From an uncultured Methanosarcinales archaeon (GTDB taxonomy: Archaea; Nanobdellota; Nanobdellia; Woesearchaeales; GW2011-AR15), in contig CAZHYZ010000001.1 in NCBI GenBank assembly GCA_964537195.1, positions 5,522-69,521 of the forward strand: DNA of 64,000 bases, given 5' to 3'. Positions 20,499 to 29,478 of the stretch are shown piece after piece. How positions within the stretch are numbered: position 1 is the first letter of the stretch; each line of letters starts with the position of its first letter. The notes beneath the pieces were generated by a model that was not told where the DNA came from, did not search any database, and was given only the letters and a program-made list of their open reading frames with translations. Position numbers and translations under genes: made by a program.

Positions 20499-21218
20499 AT
20501 GGCAAAGAAAAGTAAGGAGAAATTCAAAATCTATAAGAATGTGTTTGATAACTTTACGTTAAGGACGCTTTTCAAGTTATCAGGTCAGGGACATTTTGAG
20601 GACTTGGTCTCTCCAGTTGAGATAGGTAAAGAATCCAACATATTTCTAGCAGAAAAGGGAGAAGAATATGTAATTGTCAAGATTTATAGATTAGAAAACT
20701 GTAACTTTAATAAGATGTACTCTTACATAAAATCAGACCCCCGATTTATGGATATAAAAAACCAAAGAAGACAAGTAATATTCAAATGGGTTCAGAGAGA
20801 ATATAGAAATCTTCTGATGGCACGTGAAAAAATAAATGTTCCCACTCCCATGGTTTTTGAGAATAATGTTCTTGTAATGGAGTCTATAGGTGGAAATATT
20901 CCTGCTCCACAATTAAGGAATACTGAATTAGAAGATCCGGTGGGTTTCTCTAAGAAAGTATTAAAATCCATAGAAGGAATAACTGAAATGGGATTAATAC
21001 ATGCAGACTTATCAGAATTTAACATTCTAGTCCATAATGACATACCTTATTTCATTGATTTTTCACAGGGTACAAGTAAAAAAGATCCTAATGCCAGAGA
21101 GTATCTCAAGAGGGACTTGACAAATATTTCCAAATATTTTGCTAAATTAGATATAAAAATAGAGGTTGAAAAGGAGTACAAGAGATTAGTTGAAATTTTT
21201 AAAAAAGGAAATAATTAA
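20499..21218 (+). CDS. rio1: RIO-type serine/threonine protein kinase
   Basis: Atypical kinase core with LIHADLSEFNILV catalytic loop and the FIDFSQG metal-binding motif; 239 aa. Confidence 0.8.
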   Translation: MAKKSKEKFKIYKNVFDNFTLRTLFKLSGQGHFEDLVSPVEIGKESNIFLAEKGEEYVIVKIYRLENCNFNKMYSYIKSDPRFMDIKNQRRQVIFKWVQREYRNLLMAREKINVPTPMVFENNVLVMESIGGNIPAPQLRNTELEDPVGFSKKVLKSIEGITEMGLIHADLSEFNILVHNDIPYFIDFSQGTSKKDPNAREYLKRDLTNISKYFAKLDIKIEVEKEYKRLVEIFKKGNN

Positions 21219-21253
21219 ATAACAAGTTAGATTTATTTTAAAAAGGTGATTTT

Positions 21254-21496
21254 ATGGTTGACGAAAAAGCTTCAAAAGATGAACAAATAGGTTTTCATAA
21301 AGGTGCTCTATCGACACTAGCTAAAGAGAGACAGGAATTAATGAAATTAACAAGCATAGTGGAGCAATTGATGCAGATGCATGTTAAAGCATTGAAAGAC
21401 TTGGGTGTTGATCTCCAAAAGATGGCAGAGAAAGCAGAAAAAGGCGAGAAAAAACCTATTGAAGACTTAGTAAAAAAGGAATCAAGAGAACAATAA
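21254..21496 (+). CDS. Small coiled-coil protein (hypothetical)
   Basis: 80 aa, helical and heptad-like; may be a prefoldin-like or other small coiled-coil protein. Confidence 0.3.
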   Translation: MVDEKASKDEQIGFHKGALSTLAKERQELMKLTSIVEQLMQMHVKALKDLGVDLQKMAEKAEKGEKKPIEDLVKKESREQ

Positions 21497-21498
21497 TT

Positions 21499-21888
21499 AT
21501 GTTTTTTTCTATTAAAGGACATAAAAATGTATTATGTACTCACGAGACGACACTCGAGTTTACAAAAGACAAACACCTTACTAAAAGAGGAGATTGTATT
21601 CTTGGAGTGGTGGCAGATTTTAATTTTTCTGAGTTAAAGCAGATAGTCGAGAAATATGAATCAATTAGGCTCACAATTAATATGGGGGGAGAGACGGAAG
21701 TAATAACTGCAAAAACAAATAAAAACTTTAACAACCAAAATGAAATGGTGATTAGAACAAGTGATTTTCTTTCTGAAAGAACTATTGCAATCAAAGCAGA
21801 CAAGGCAGCAATCGATGTTAATAGGAACATTGTTGAAAAATTGAAAAACCCAAAAAACAAAGCAAAAATTGAGATCAAAGGAATATGA
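21499..21888 (+). CDS. DUF371-like archaeal protein
   Basis: 129-aa ORF translationally coupled to the PUA gene by an ATGA overlap; recalled resemblance to the archaeal DUF371 family. Confidence 0.35.
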   Translation: MFFSIKGHKNVLCTHETTLEFTKDKHLTKRGDCILGVVADFNFSELKQIVEKYESIRLTINMGGETEVITAKTNKNFNNQNEMVIRTSDFLSERTIAIKADKAAIDVNRNIVEKLKNPKNKAKIEIKGI

Positions 21889-22331
21889 AAACATTAAGCA
21901 ATCAAGAAATCAGAGAACTAATAACACAAATTGAAGAGTCATACGGAGATTTAGGATTATCAAAAAAAGACAAATATGAAATTGATGACAAGATAATATT
22001 GATTAATAATAAACCAACTTTTTTCTATGGTGGAGGGAAGATTTGTCCTACTTTAAAAGTAATTCTTAAAAAAAACTTTTTGCCAAAAATTACTGTTGAT
22101 ATGGGCGCTGTAAAATTTGTGATAAAAGGTGCAAACATAATGAGGCCCGGAATAACCAAACTAGATGAAGACATAAAAAAAGGAGACATTGTATCTGTTG
22201 TTGATGAAACACATAAGAAACCTTTAGCAATAGGAAGGGCAAAATATTCTGGTTCTAAAATAAAGGAAAAGGAAAAAGGTAATGTAGTTGAGAATCTACA
22301 CCAGATTGGAGACGACATCTGGAACTATTAA
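21885..22331 (+). CDS. PUA-domain RNA-binding protein
   Basis: The C-terminal GAVKFVIKGANIMRPGI...GDIVSVVDETHKKPLAIGRAKYS is a PUA-domain signature. Confidence 0.55.
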   Translation: MKTLSNQEIRELITQIEESYGDLGLSKKDKYEIDDKIILINNKPTFFYGGGKICPTLKVILKKNFLPKITVDMGAVKFVIKGANIMRPGITKLDEDIKKGDIVSVVDETHKKPLAIGRAKYSGSKIKEKEKGNVVENLHQIGDDIWNY

Positions 22332-22362
22332 ATTTAAAAATTAGATTAAGTTTCCACCAAGA

Positions 22363-23592
22363 ATGAATATTAATTTGTCCAGCGAGCTTACCACATTGAG
22401 AGAGTTGGTGCTTGATCAAGATATTGTTGAAATCCCTACCGACTTAATTTATGGAGCTTTTGGTTTAGATACAAACACATACAAGCTATTAGATTTGAAT
22501 TCTTTTGTAATCATATTTAATTTGGCTAAAAAAGTTTTTATTGACCAATACAGGATTTGTGGGAACCCTAAATTGATTCATTCTGTTGATGCCACAGATT
22601 ATGTGAAAGAGATTGTTGATCAACTAATTCATTCTGGAGCATATTTTAATCCAGTTCCTTTATTTAATGTTACATTAGGGCATGATGTGGTAGAAGATGA
22701 TAAAGATAATTATAAATCAGAATTAAACACAATGGTAGAGCGCGGAGTGTTTTCAATTGATCAGTATCTTGCTATAAGAGCACTTACAAAAAATGATCAA
22801 GTTTTTCATCCACAAAAAAAAGAAGTAATAAAGTATGAAACAGAGCCAGAGAGATATCTGGAGAATTATGCAGATTATCTTAGGGGGTTGTTGGATGTTA
22901 ATATTTTAGAATATAACCTTACAAAAGCAACAGAAAACCACAACATGTCTTTTCCACTTCCCCCAAATACAAACCTCGACGTTATTAGTTTAGAGGATAT
23001 AGCTTTGCTTGGTTGTGCTGCAAAATCAGGAGATGCACTGGACAACATTAATACAGCCACTTCTTTAAGAAATAGTATTTATGTTCCTCTGAGAATCCAT
23101 GAACCGAGATATGAAATAGAAAATGGTTCAATAATAAACAGAAACATGCATTTTGAAGATTATATCAAACAAATAAGAAAATCTAGCATAGTTTTAGAAT
23201 TTTTGGGGGAATACATCTCAAATTCAGATGAAGACCCCATAAAGTATCAACTTACTTCTGCGTTGGTTATTAAGCTATATGAGGACACAGTAGAAGAATT
23301 AGAAAAAGAAATAAGGAGAACAGAAGTAGAACTTGACGATACAAAAGACCACAAAGATAAAATTGAAGAATTAAAATCTATGATTCCACCAAACATCAGA
23401 CTTAGTGTTATGAAAAGGAGATATGATTGGGCTTTAAATTTATTGCACGGAGACACAAATTATATGACACCAGAACTTAATGATGCTTTGTTATTCCATC
23501 TTGAAACCGTTCAAGGGGTGTTAGAAAACGTTCGGAAAAGACGCGGAAAGAGAATGTCGGTGTTCAAAGAAAGATCCCTCTTATCATATTAG
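22363..23592 (+). CDS. RelA/SpoT (Mesh1)-type HD-domain hydrolase homologue with an approximately 200-aa C-terminal extension of unknown function
   Basis: Three collinear motifs match the RSH hydrolase HD domain from memory: KLIHSVDATDYV (cf. ITHPLAVA), LGHDVVEDD (cf. LLHDVIEDT), LTKATENHNM (cf. KLADRLHNM); GC content is visibly higher than in neighbouring genes. Confidence 0.5.
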   Translation: MNINLSSELTTLRELVLDQDIVEIPTDLIYGAFGLDTNTYKLLDLNSFVIIFNLAKKVFIDQYRICGNPKLIHSVDATDYVKEIVDQLIHSGAYFNPVPLFNVTLGHDVVEDDKDNYKSELNTMVERGVFSIDQYLAIRALTKNDQVFHPQKKEVIKYETEPERYLENYADYLRGLLDVNILEYNLTKATENHNMSFPLPPNTNLDVISLEDIALLGCAAKSGDALDNINTATSLRNSIYVPLRIHEPRYEIENGSIINRNMHFEDYIKQIRKSSIVLEFLGEYISNSDEDPIKYQLTSALVIKLYEDTVEELEKEIRRTEVELDDTKDHKDKIEELKSMIPPNIRLSVMKRRYDWALNLLHGDTNYMTPELNDALLFHLETVQGVLENVRKRRGKRMSVFKERSLLSY

Positions 23593-23620
23593 TTACTGAA
23601 ACTAAGGATAAACAATAAAA

Positions 23621-25111
23621 ATGTATGGGAATGAACAACACGAATTAGTACTTGAGAATTTAATAGAAAGAATAGATCCTAATAGAGTAATAACTAATGA
23701 CTTTGGACATTTAGTGGTTTTTCATCCTGGAGAACCTGGTTATGATGAGGCAAGACCAAGAAAACCAAACGAACTGTCTCTCGCAAAATTAACTAGGAAA
23801 CTCTTTCTTGATGAGGACACAAAGGAGTTGAGGACAGAGTTAGATCTTAGTGAAGAGGAGAGAGAAGCACTCCTATATTTTACATATAAAAGAAAAGAAG
23901 CAGGAGCATTTAAGACAGCAATCATTATGGCTGACCTAATGGATTCACACAGGTTCCAGAAGGACGGTAGGAAACCACTGTCAGAGTTTTGGCAAAGCAA
24001 TTATATTGAGAACGAGGCCCAATTTCTTGATGTCTTAGTAAATGAAGTATTTAGAAGAGGAAACAGAGTTTTTGATCCCAGCAGAAGGATCGATTTTAAA
24101 GATAAGAAATACGTAGCCATTGATGTTTTAAAGGAATTTGTTAGGGGATTGAAGAACCAGGGAACAAAGTCTGTAAACCACAGGGTTCAGAAACTTATGA
24201 AAGAAGCCAGCAAGACACCCTACCACATGATGTTTCATTCTAGGGACAACATGCCAAGCAACAGAAATCATTTAGCAGTAATTTATGGTAGGGTGAAAGA
24301 GTCTAATAGTGAAAACAAGAAGCAATCTGCATATTGGGCAAGGGACATAAAACAGATGGAAGAAATAGCAACACTTAGAGACTTGGGAGTTGATTTGTCG
24401 CTCGAGGAGGTTCCTGGAGATATAAAACAGGAATATAGGCGTGCATTAAAAGCTGCTGAGAGATATCGAGACATGAAACCAGAGTATTATATTTATAAAT
24501 TAGATAATCGAACTAGGTTTGATGAGTTAATGGACAGATGGTATTATGGAATCGAGGACAGTTATGGAATAACTATTGTTTATTCTCACAGAGTCGGTCC
24601 TGAAGAAATTGAAGAAACAAGAGAATATTTCCATGATCTAGTTCTTTGTGACATAGTTCCTGGATCTTTTGATGACCACACCAAACAACCAAATAAACCT
24701 CAGGAAGTACAATTTAAGATTAAATTAAATAGATATTGGGTAGAAGAAGCATTACCTCCACATTTGTTTCATGATTTTTATGTACCAGACAATATTGAAA
24801 TTCAAGTCACTAGTTTACCAGACTTAGTACACAAATATCTGACCCCTGGGTTGGCAGAAACAGACTATAAAAAAAGGTTTATTACTGAAAAATTAGGTAT
24901 AAGCGAATCTAATCCAGATTTTCTGACCATATTTCAGACATTACAAGGAATATCTCCTGTTCAGGGAACAATGGAGTATTTTAGAGAACATAGAAATCAA
25001 CTAAGGAAAAATCTTTCTTATATTGGACGAGAGTCTCGGCATGAGTTACAAGAAGATTATGAAGCAGTTATCTTAGATTTATTAACAGCCGGAACATTTG
25101 ATATTAATTAA
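23621..25111 (+). CDS. Hypothetical protein, possibly a divergent RelA/SpoT-like nucleotidyltransferase (alarmone-synthetase-like)
   Basis: 496 aa, R/E/D-rich and the most GC-rich gene in the window; weak ordered motifs IYGRVKESNSENKK, YSHRVGPEE and EVQFKI resemble the RSH synthetase motifs GRxKxxxSxxxK, SLHTVVxGPEG and EVQIRT. Confidence 0.3.
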   Translation: MYGNEQHELVLENLIERIDPNRVITNDFGHLVVFHPGEPGYDEARPRKPNELSLAKLTRKLFLDEDTKELRTELDLSEEEREALLYFTYKRKEAGAFKTAIIMADLMDSHRFQKDGRKPLSEFWQSNYIENEAQFLDVLVNEVFRRGNRVFDPSRRIDFKDKKYVAIDVLKEFVRGLKNQGTKSVNHRVQKLMKEASKTPYHMMFHSRDNMPSNRNHLAVIYGRVKESNSENKKQSAYWARDIKQMEEIATLRDLGVDLSLEEVPGDIKQEYRRALKAAERYRDMKPEYYIYKLDNRTRFDELMDRWYYGIEDSYGITIVYSHRVGPEEIEETREYFHDLVLCDIVPGSFDDHTKQPNKPQEVQFKIKLNRYWVEEALPPHLFHDFYVPDNIEIQVTSLPDLVHKYLTPGLAETDYKKRFITEKLGISESNPDFLTIFQTLQGISPVQGTMEYFREHRNQLRKNLSYIGRESRHELQEDYEAVILDLLTAGTFDIN

Positions 25112-25554
25112 TTCCTTCTCTCCTTAGGGACATAATTTAACAGTTTCTTATTCTTTAATTTACCACAACCTAGAAAGTCTCCCTTATTCTTTACTAAAAT
25201 AAAACCTTCTCTTTTATCATCAATTTTAAAATCCTGTCCGCCCATCCACAACTCAGCTTGTTCATCATTTAATTCTAAGACCTTTTTTCTAGCAATTTTT
25301 CCAATAATTTGAGAACCTTCTATACTCAATCTTATTTCATCATTATCATAAAGAAGTCCAAAATATAATCCCAGAGAATTAAGTCTCAACTCATCAATAT
25401 CAATTAATTTAATCTCTTTATTAAGAATGTAAATTTTATTATGATTGTTCATAAAAACTTCGTAATCAAACTCAAAATTACATCCATAGTATTCACTAAT
25501 TACTTCTGCAATCTCTTTTCTTTTTTTTGAATTTAAGATTTCTAGCTTTTGCAT
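25108..25554 (-). CDS. NIP7-like PUA-domain protein (ribosome-biogenesis factor homologue)
   Basis: About 150 aa with a C-terminal GFILVKNKGDFLGCGKLKNKKLLNYVPKERR PUA-like tail; size matches archaeal NIP7 homologues. Confidence 0.4.
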   Translation of the reverse strand: MQKLEILNSKKRKEIAEVISEYYGCNFEFDYEVFMNNHNKIYILNKEIKLIDIDELRLNSLGLYFGLLYDNDEIRLSIEGSQIIGKIARKKVLELNDEQAELWMGGQDFKIDDKREGFILVKNKGDFLGCGKLKNKKLLNYVPKERRN

Positions 25555-25578
25555 TTGGATAAATTTAAAAGTTTGTAA

Positions 25579-26217
25579 ATGTATTTTATATGTATGAGAA
25601 AATATGTTCTATTATTAATGTTGTTGTTAACATTAAATATTTCTTTAGCATCTACTGTACATTATGGCGAAGTTAGAATACGGGTGGTAAACAAACCTCC
25701 CACCATCACAAAAATAAATATTCTACCAGAAGAACCCTATTATGATGATGTTCTTCAGTGTCATATTGAAGTTGATGACGAATCTCCCGAGACAGTTTCT
25801 TTTGATTATAAATGGTATGTAAATAAAAAATTACAGAACCGAAAAGGTAGCACTTTTTTTATTTTTGATGAGACCGATAACATTACTTGTATAGCAACAC
25901 CTACAGACCAACATGATTTACAGGGAAGAACTAAGAAAGCTATTACAAAAATTAACACCGCACCAATTCATGTAAAAGCATTGAAGCCAACGCTTAATTT
26001 AGCAGGTATTCAAGTGAGTGCCAAAGAAATTACAGAAAGTACAAGTATGGGTACAATAACAGGCATGGTTACGGGGGAAAGAGAAGGGAGTAACATAACT
26101 TTGGTGTTCATGTTAACTGTATTTACATTAATATTAATCTCAATTAATCTCTTTGGGTTAGTAATTACACTAAAAAGAAAGTCTAAATCCCCCAAACAGG
26201 ATTATCAGATCGCATAA
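25579..26217 (+). CDS. Secreted or surface protein with signal peptide and C-terminal TM anchor
   Basis: N-terminal hydrophobic signal, beta-rich middle, C-terminal TM helix followed by a basic tail (KRKSKSPKQ). Confidence 0.4.
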   Translation: MYFICMRKYVLLLMLLLTLNISLASTVHYGEVRIRVVNKPPTITKINILPEEPYYDDVLQCHIEVDDESPETVSFDYKWYVNKKLQNRKGSTFFIFDETDNITCIATPTDQHDLQGRTKKAITKINTAPIHVKALKPTLNLAGIQVSAKEITESTSMGTITGMVTGEREGSNITLVFMLTVFTLILISINLFGLVITLKRKSKSPKQDYQIA

Positions 26218-27946
26218 TTTCAGCAATTTCCTTTAAAACTTCAATTTCTCCCTTAGAAAGATATTTTGTTAATTTCTTTATTCTCCTGAAATCTTTTTCA
26301 GGAATGTAACTATAAAGTATATCACCTTCATTTATTTGTCTTCCCACAGTCACTCTAGAAAGCGACATTGCAACTTGCTTACCTTTTGTAACTGAATTAA
26401 GATTTTCTTTATCAAGTTGTATTCCCTTTAGCACGGTAATGGTTTTCCCCTTTTTCATTAATCCTGTTCCTGTTTTTATTTTTCCTTCTAAGACATCTAC
26501 ACCAACAATTGCAGGATTACTCTGTCTAAAAATATAATTTGGCATTATCTCGATTTTACAGGGCCTAACCAAATTGTCAAGTTTTTTTGCTTCCATAACT
26601 TTTCTCTGTTGTTCTCTCCAGATTTCGTATTCCTCTAATATTTTATAGATTATATCACTTGTAATTATCTTAACTTTATCAGAACCCGTTATGTCTGCAT
26701 CTCTGTCCACATTAAAACCCAAAACAACAGCCTGTAATGGATCTTTTTCATAATTTGCTTCTGCTTCCGATAGGTCTTTTTTAGATATTTTACCAATATT
26801 TGCTTTTCTTACAAGAATCCCCTTTTCTTTTAACATAAACGTAAGTGCCTCTAAAGAACCGAGGGTGTCTGCTTTTATGATGACGCCCTCTTTTCCAGTC
26901 TCAATCATAATCTCTTCAATTTCTTTTTGGACTTCTTTTTCAACTTTTTCTTTATTCTCCTTAGTATAACTCTGTAGAGGCATTCCAGCTATAACCTTCT
27001 CAATTTCTGGAGCACATATTTTAACTCCAGTAGCAGCAGTTACTTTCTCAACTTTTTTGAACTTTGTTTTTTTATCCCTCATCTCTTTTAAAGGCAAAGG
27101 ACACAACAAAGCTTTAACTCTCGTCTCTATTGGTTCTTCAACACCCCCAACAATTAAATTGTCATTTCTTTTTAGAATCCCATCATAGATAATAACATCT
27201 AAGGTTTTCCCAAGACCTGTTGTTTCTTTTACTTCAAGTACGGTTCCTTTAGCATTTCCCTTAACATGTAATTTCAATGAGTCTTCAAGATATTTCTGAG
27301 CCAAACCAATTAATACCATTAATAATTCAGGGATACCATCTCCAGTAATTGCAGAAACAGGAACAATTGCAATCTGCTTAGTGTAATCCTCAATCCTATC
27401 AAATCTTTCGGAATTAAATCCTTTTTCAGATAGTTTTCCAAGGATTTCATAAATTTTTGTATCAATTTTTTCTCTAACATATGGATCCTGGCTTTCTAAA
27501 TTTTTTAGGAGATATCTTTCTTTATTATCTCTATACCCAGGAATTAGGTCAATCTTGTTTGCAGCAATAATAAATGGTGTCTTAAATTTTTTTAGAATCT
27601 CTAGACTTTCCAATGTTTGAGGCATTAATCCCTCATTAATATCTATTACTAAAATAGCAATATCAGCTATACTTCCACCCCTTTTTCTTAGTGTAGTGAA
27701 AGCTGCGTGTCCAGGAGTATCTATGAATAATAATCCCGGAATCGTAAATTTTGATTTTTCGCTTAATAAGTTGCCACAGACTTTTTTAATTGTGTCTAAT
27801 GGGATAATTGAGGCTCCAATTGCTTGTGTTATGCCTCCTGCCTCTCCTGATTGTGTAGCAGTTCCTCTAATTTTATCTAATATTTTTGTCTTTCCATGAT
27901 CAACATGGCCCAAAACACCAATGACTGCCTGTCTTAACTCTGTCAT
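26183..27946 (-). CDS. infB: Translation initiation factor aIF5B (IF2 homologue)
   Basis: GHVDHGKT G1 motif and DTPGH G3 motif, with domains II-IV; 587 aa and no intein. Confidence 0.9.
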   Translation of the reverse strand: MTELRQAVIGVLGHVDHGKTKILDKIRGTATQSGEAGGITQAIGASIIPLDTIKKVCGNLLSEKSKFTIPGLLFIDTPGHAAFTTLRKRGGSIADIAILVIDINEGLMPQTLESLEILKKFKTPFIIAANKIDLIPGYRDNKERYLLKNLESQDPYVREKIDTKIYEILGKLSEKGFNSERFDRIEDYTKQIAIVPVSAITGDGIPELLMVLIGLAQKYLEDSLKLHVKGNAKGTVLEVKETTGLGKTLDVIIYDGILKRNDNLIVGGVEEPIETRVKALLCPLPLKEMRDKKTKFKKVEKVTAATGVKICAPEIEKVIAGMPLQSYTKENKEKVEKEVQKEIEEIMIETGKEGVIIKADTLGSLEALTFMLKEKGILVRKANIGKISKKDLSEAEANYEKDPLQAVVLGFNVDRDADITGSDKVKIITSDIIYKILEEYEIWREQQRKVMEAKKLDNLVRPCKIEIMPNYIFRQSNPAIVGVDVLEGKIKTGTGLMKKGKTITVLKGIQLDKENLNSVTKGKQVAMSLSRVTVGRQINEGDILYSYIPEKDFRRIKKLTKYLSKGEIEVLKEIAEIMRSDNPVWGI

Positions 27947-28047
27947 AATACACAGAACATTTGTTAGATTTTTAAAAGTTATTAATTCAGTAAGTTTTAA
28001 ATATACTCACCACTTCGCAATAGTCATGAGTTGTGGGGGATTGAAAT

Positions 28048-28404
28048 ATGAAAAAAATAATGGTCTTTTTAGCAATAAGTTTTCTTTTGATAAGTAGTGT
28101 AACAGCAATAATTAGTAATGTTTATCCCAGATCAGTTTCATCTGGAAAACACGAAGTATTACTAGTCACATTGTGGAACCATGAAAGATACAATGTAGAT
28201 GGTGGACAAGTTACAATGTATATCCCTTACTTAGATGTTTATTCAAAATCCAGAGGATTAGAAATTAATTCTGGTGATTATGGTAGATCATATCTTGATG
28301 TATATGTCCCTAGCGCAAGAAAAGGTTATTATCCTGTTATACTTACTCTTGTAGACAAAGACGGCGTAAGAGATAGAGAACACACATGGATTTGGGTAAA
28401 TTAA
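28048..28404 (+). CDS. Small secreted protein (hypothetical)
   Basis: 118 aa with an N-terminal signal peptide. Confidence 0.35.
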   Translation: MKKIMVFLAISFLLISSVTAIISNVYPRSVSSGKHEVLLVTLWNHERYNVDGGQVTMYIPYLDVYSKSRGLEINSGDYGRSYLDVYVPSARKGYYPVILTLVDKDGVRDREHTWIWVN

Positions 28405-28431
28405 TTAATCCATTCTTTTTTTCTTTAATTT

Positions 28432-29478
28432 ATGAAAACTGTACAAGAAGGACTTGCCAAAATAAAGATTTCTGAGAAATCAAAAGTATCTAAAGAACTC
28501 CCAGTGTTCTATAATCCAGTTATGAAACTAAATAGAGATTTTTCTATTTTGTTAATCAATGCAGTAAAAGATAAAGATATGCAAATAGCCTTGCCTCTCT
28601 CTGCAACAGGTGTAAGAGGAATAAGGTTTTTGAAAGAATTGAAAAAAGGAAAAACAAGAGAAGTTTTTTTTAATGATAAGGAAACCTCTGAACACATTAA
28701 GAGAAACTTAAAAATAAACAATCTTAGTGCAAAAGTGTTCTCTAAAGATGCCAATATGTTTCTACTTGAAGGGAAGGGGTTTGATTATATAGATATTGAT
28801 CCCTTCGGTAGTCCAAATCCTTTTTTAGATTCTGCGATTGTTAGATTGGCCAGACAAGGGATATTGGCAGTTACAGCAACAGACACAAGTGCACTAGCAG
28901 GCACATATCCAAAAGTGTGTAAACGTAATTACTGGGCAAAACCCTTGAGAAACGAATTAATGCATGAACTTGGAATAAGAATATTGATCAGGAAGATTCA
29001 ATTAATTGGAACGCAATATGAAAAAGCATTAACACCTCTTTTTTCTTATTTTCAAGACCATTATTATAGAATCTTTTTTAGGTGTGAGAAGGGAAAAAAG
29101 AAAGCAGACAACATAATAAAACAACACAAATATTTCATTTATAATACAAAGACGCTTGAGATGAAAACAAGTTCTAATTTTGATGAGAGAAAAGAGTATA
29201 CAGGACCATTATGGATAGGAGCATTATGGGATGAAAAAATAGTTGAAAAGATGTATAAAGCCACAGATAAAAGCAATGAGAAACTTTACAAGCTTCTTCA
29301 AATAATCAAGGAAGAAAGCAAGATTGAGGCAGTTGGATTTTATGATTTACATAAATTAGCCAAAGTCAATAATGTTAAAATTCCCAAAGTTGAAGAGGTT
29401 TTAGAGATGAACAAAAATTCAGCAAGAACACATTTTCTTAATTGGGGGATCAGATCAAAAAATTTGCCTGTCTGGTAA
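28432..29478 (+). CDS. trm1: tRNA (guanine26-N2)-dimethyltransferase Trm1
   Basis: N-terminal FYNPVMKLNRDFS and SAM-binding Rossmann segments characteristic of Trm1; 348 aa. Confidence 0.8.
   Translation: MKTVQEGLAKIKISEKSKVSKELPVFYNPVMKLNRDFSILLINAVKDKDMQIALPLSATGVRGIRFLKELKKGKTREVFFNDKETSEHIKRNLKINNLSAKVFSKDANMFLLEGKGFDYIDIDPFGSPNPFLDSAIVRLARQGILAVTATDTSALAGTYPKVCKRNYWAKPLRNELMHELGIRILIRKIQLIGTQYEKALTPLFSYFQDHYYRIFFRCEKGKKKADNIIKQHKYFIYNTKTLEMKTSSNFDERKEYTGPLWIGALWDEKIVEKMYKATDKSNEKLYKLLQIIKEESKIEAVGFYDLHKLAKVNNVKIPKVEEVLEMNKNSARTHFLNWGIRSKNLPVW

Noticed and set aside
22363-25111. Considered whether the atypical island is a mobile element (integrase, transposase or att sites)
   Set aside because: No integrase, transposase, inverted repeats or flanking direct repeats are visible. 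The genes are tightly packed between housekeeping genes. It is treated as a laterally acquired module rather than an intact mobile element.
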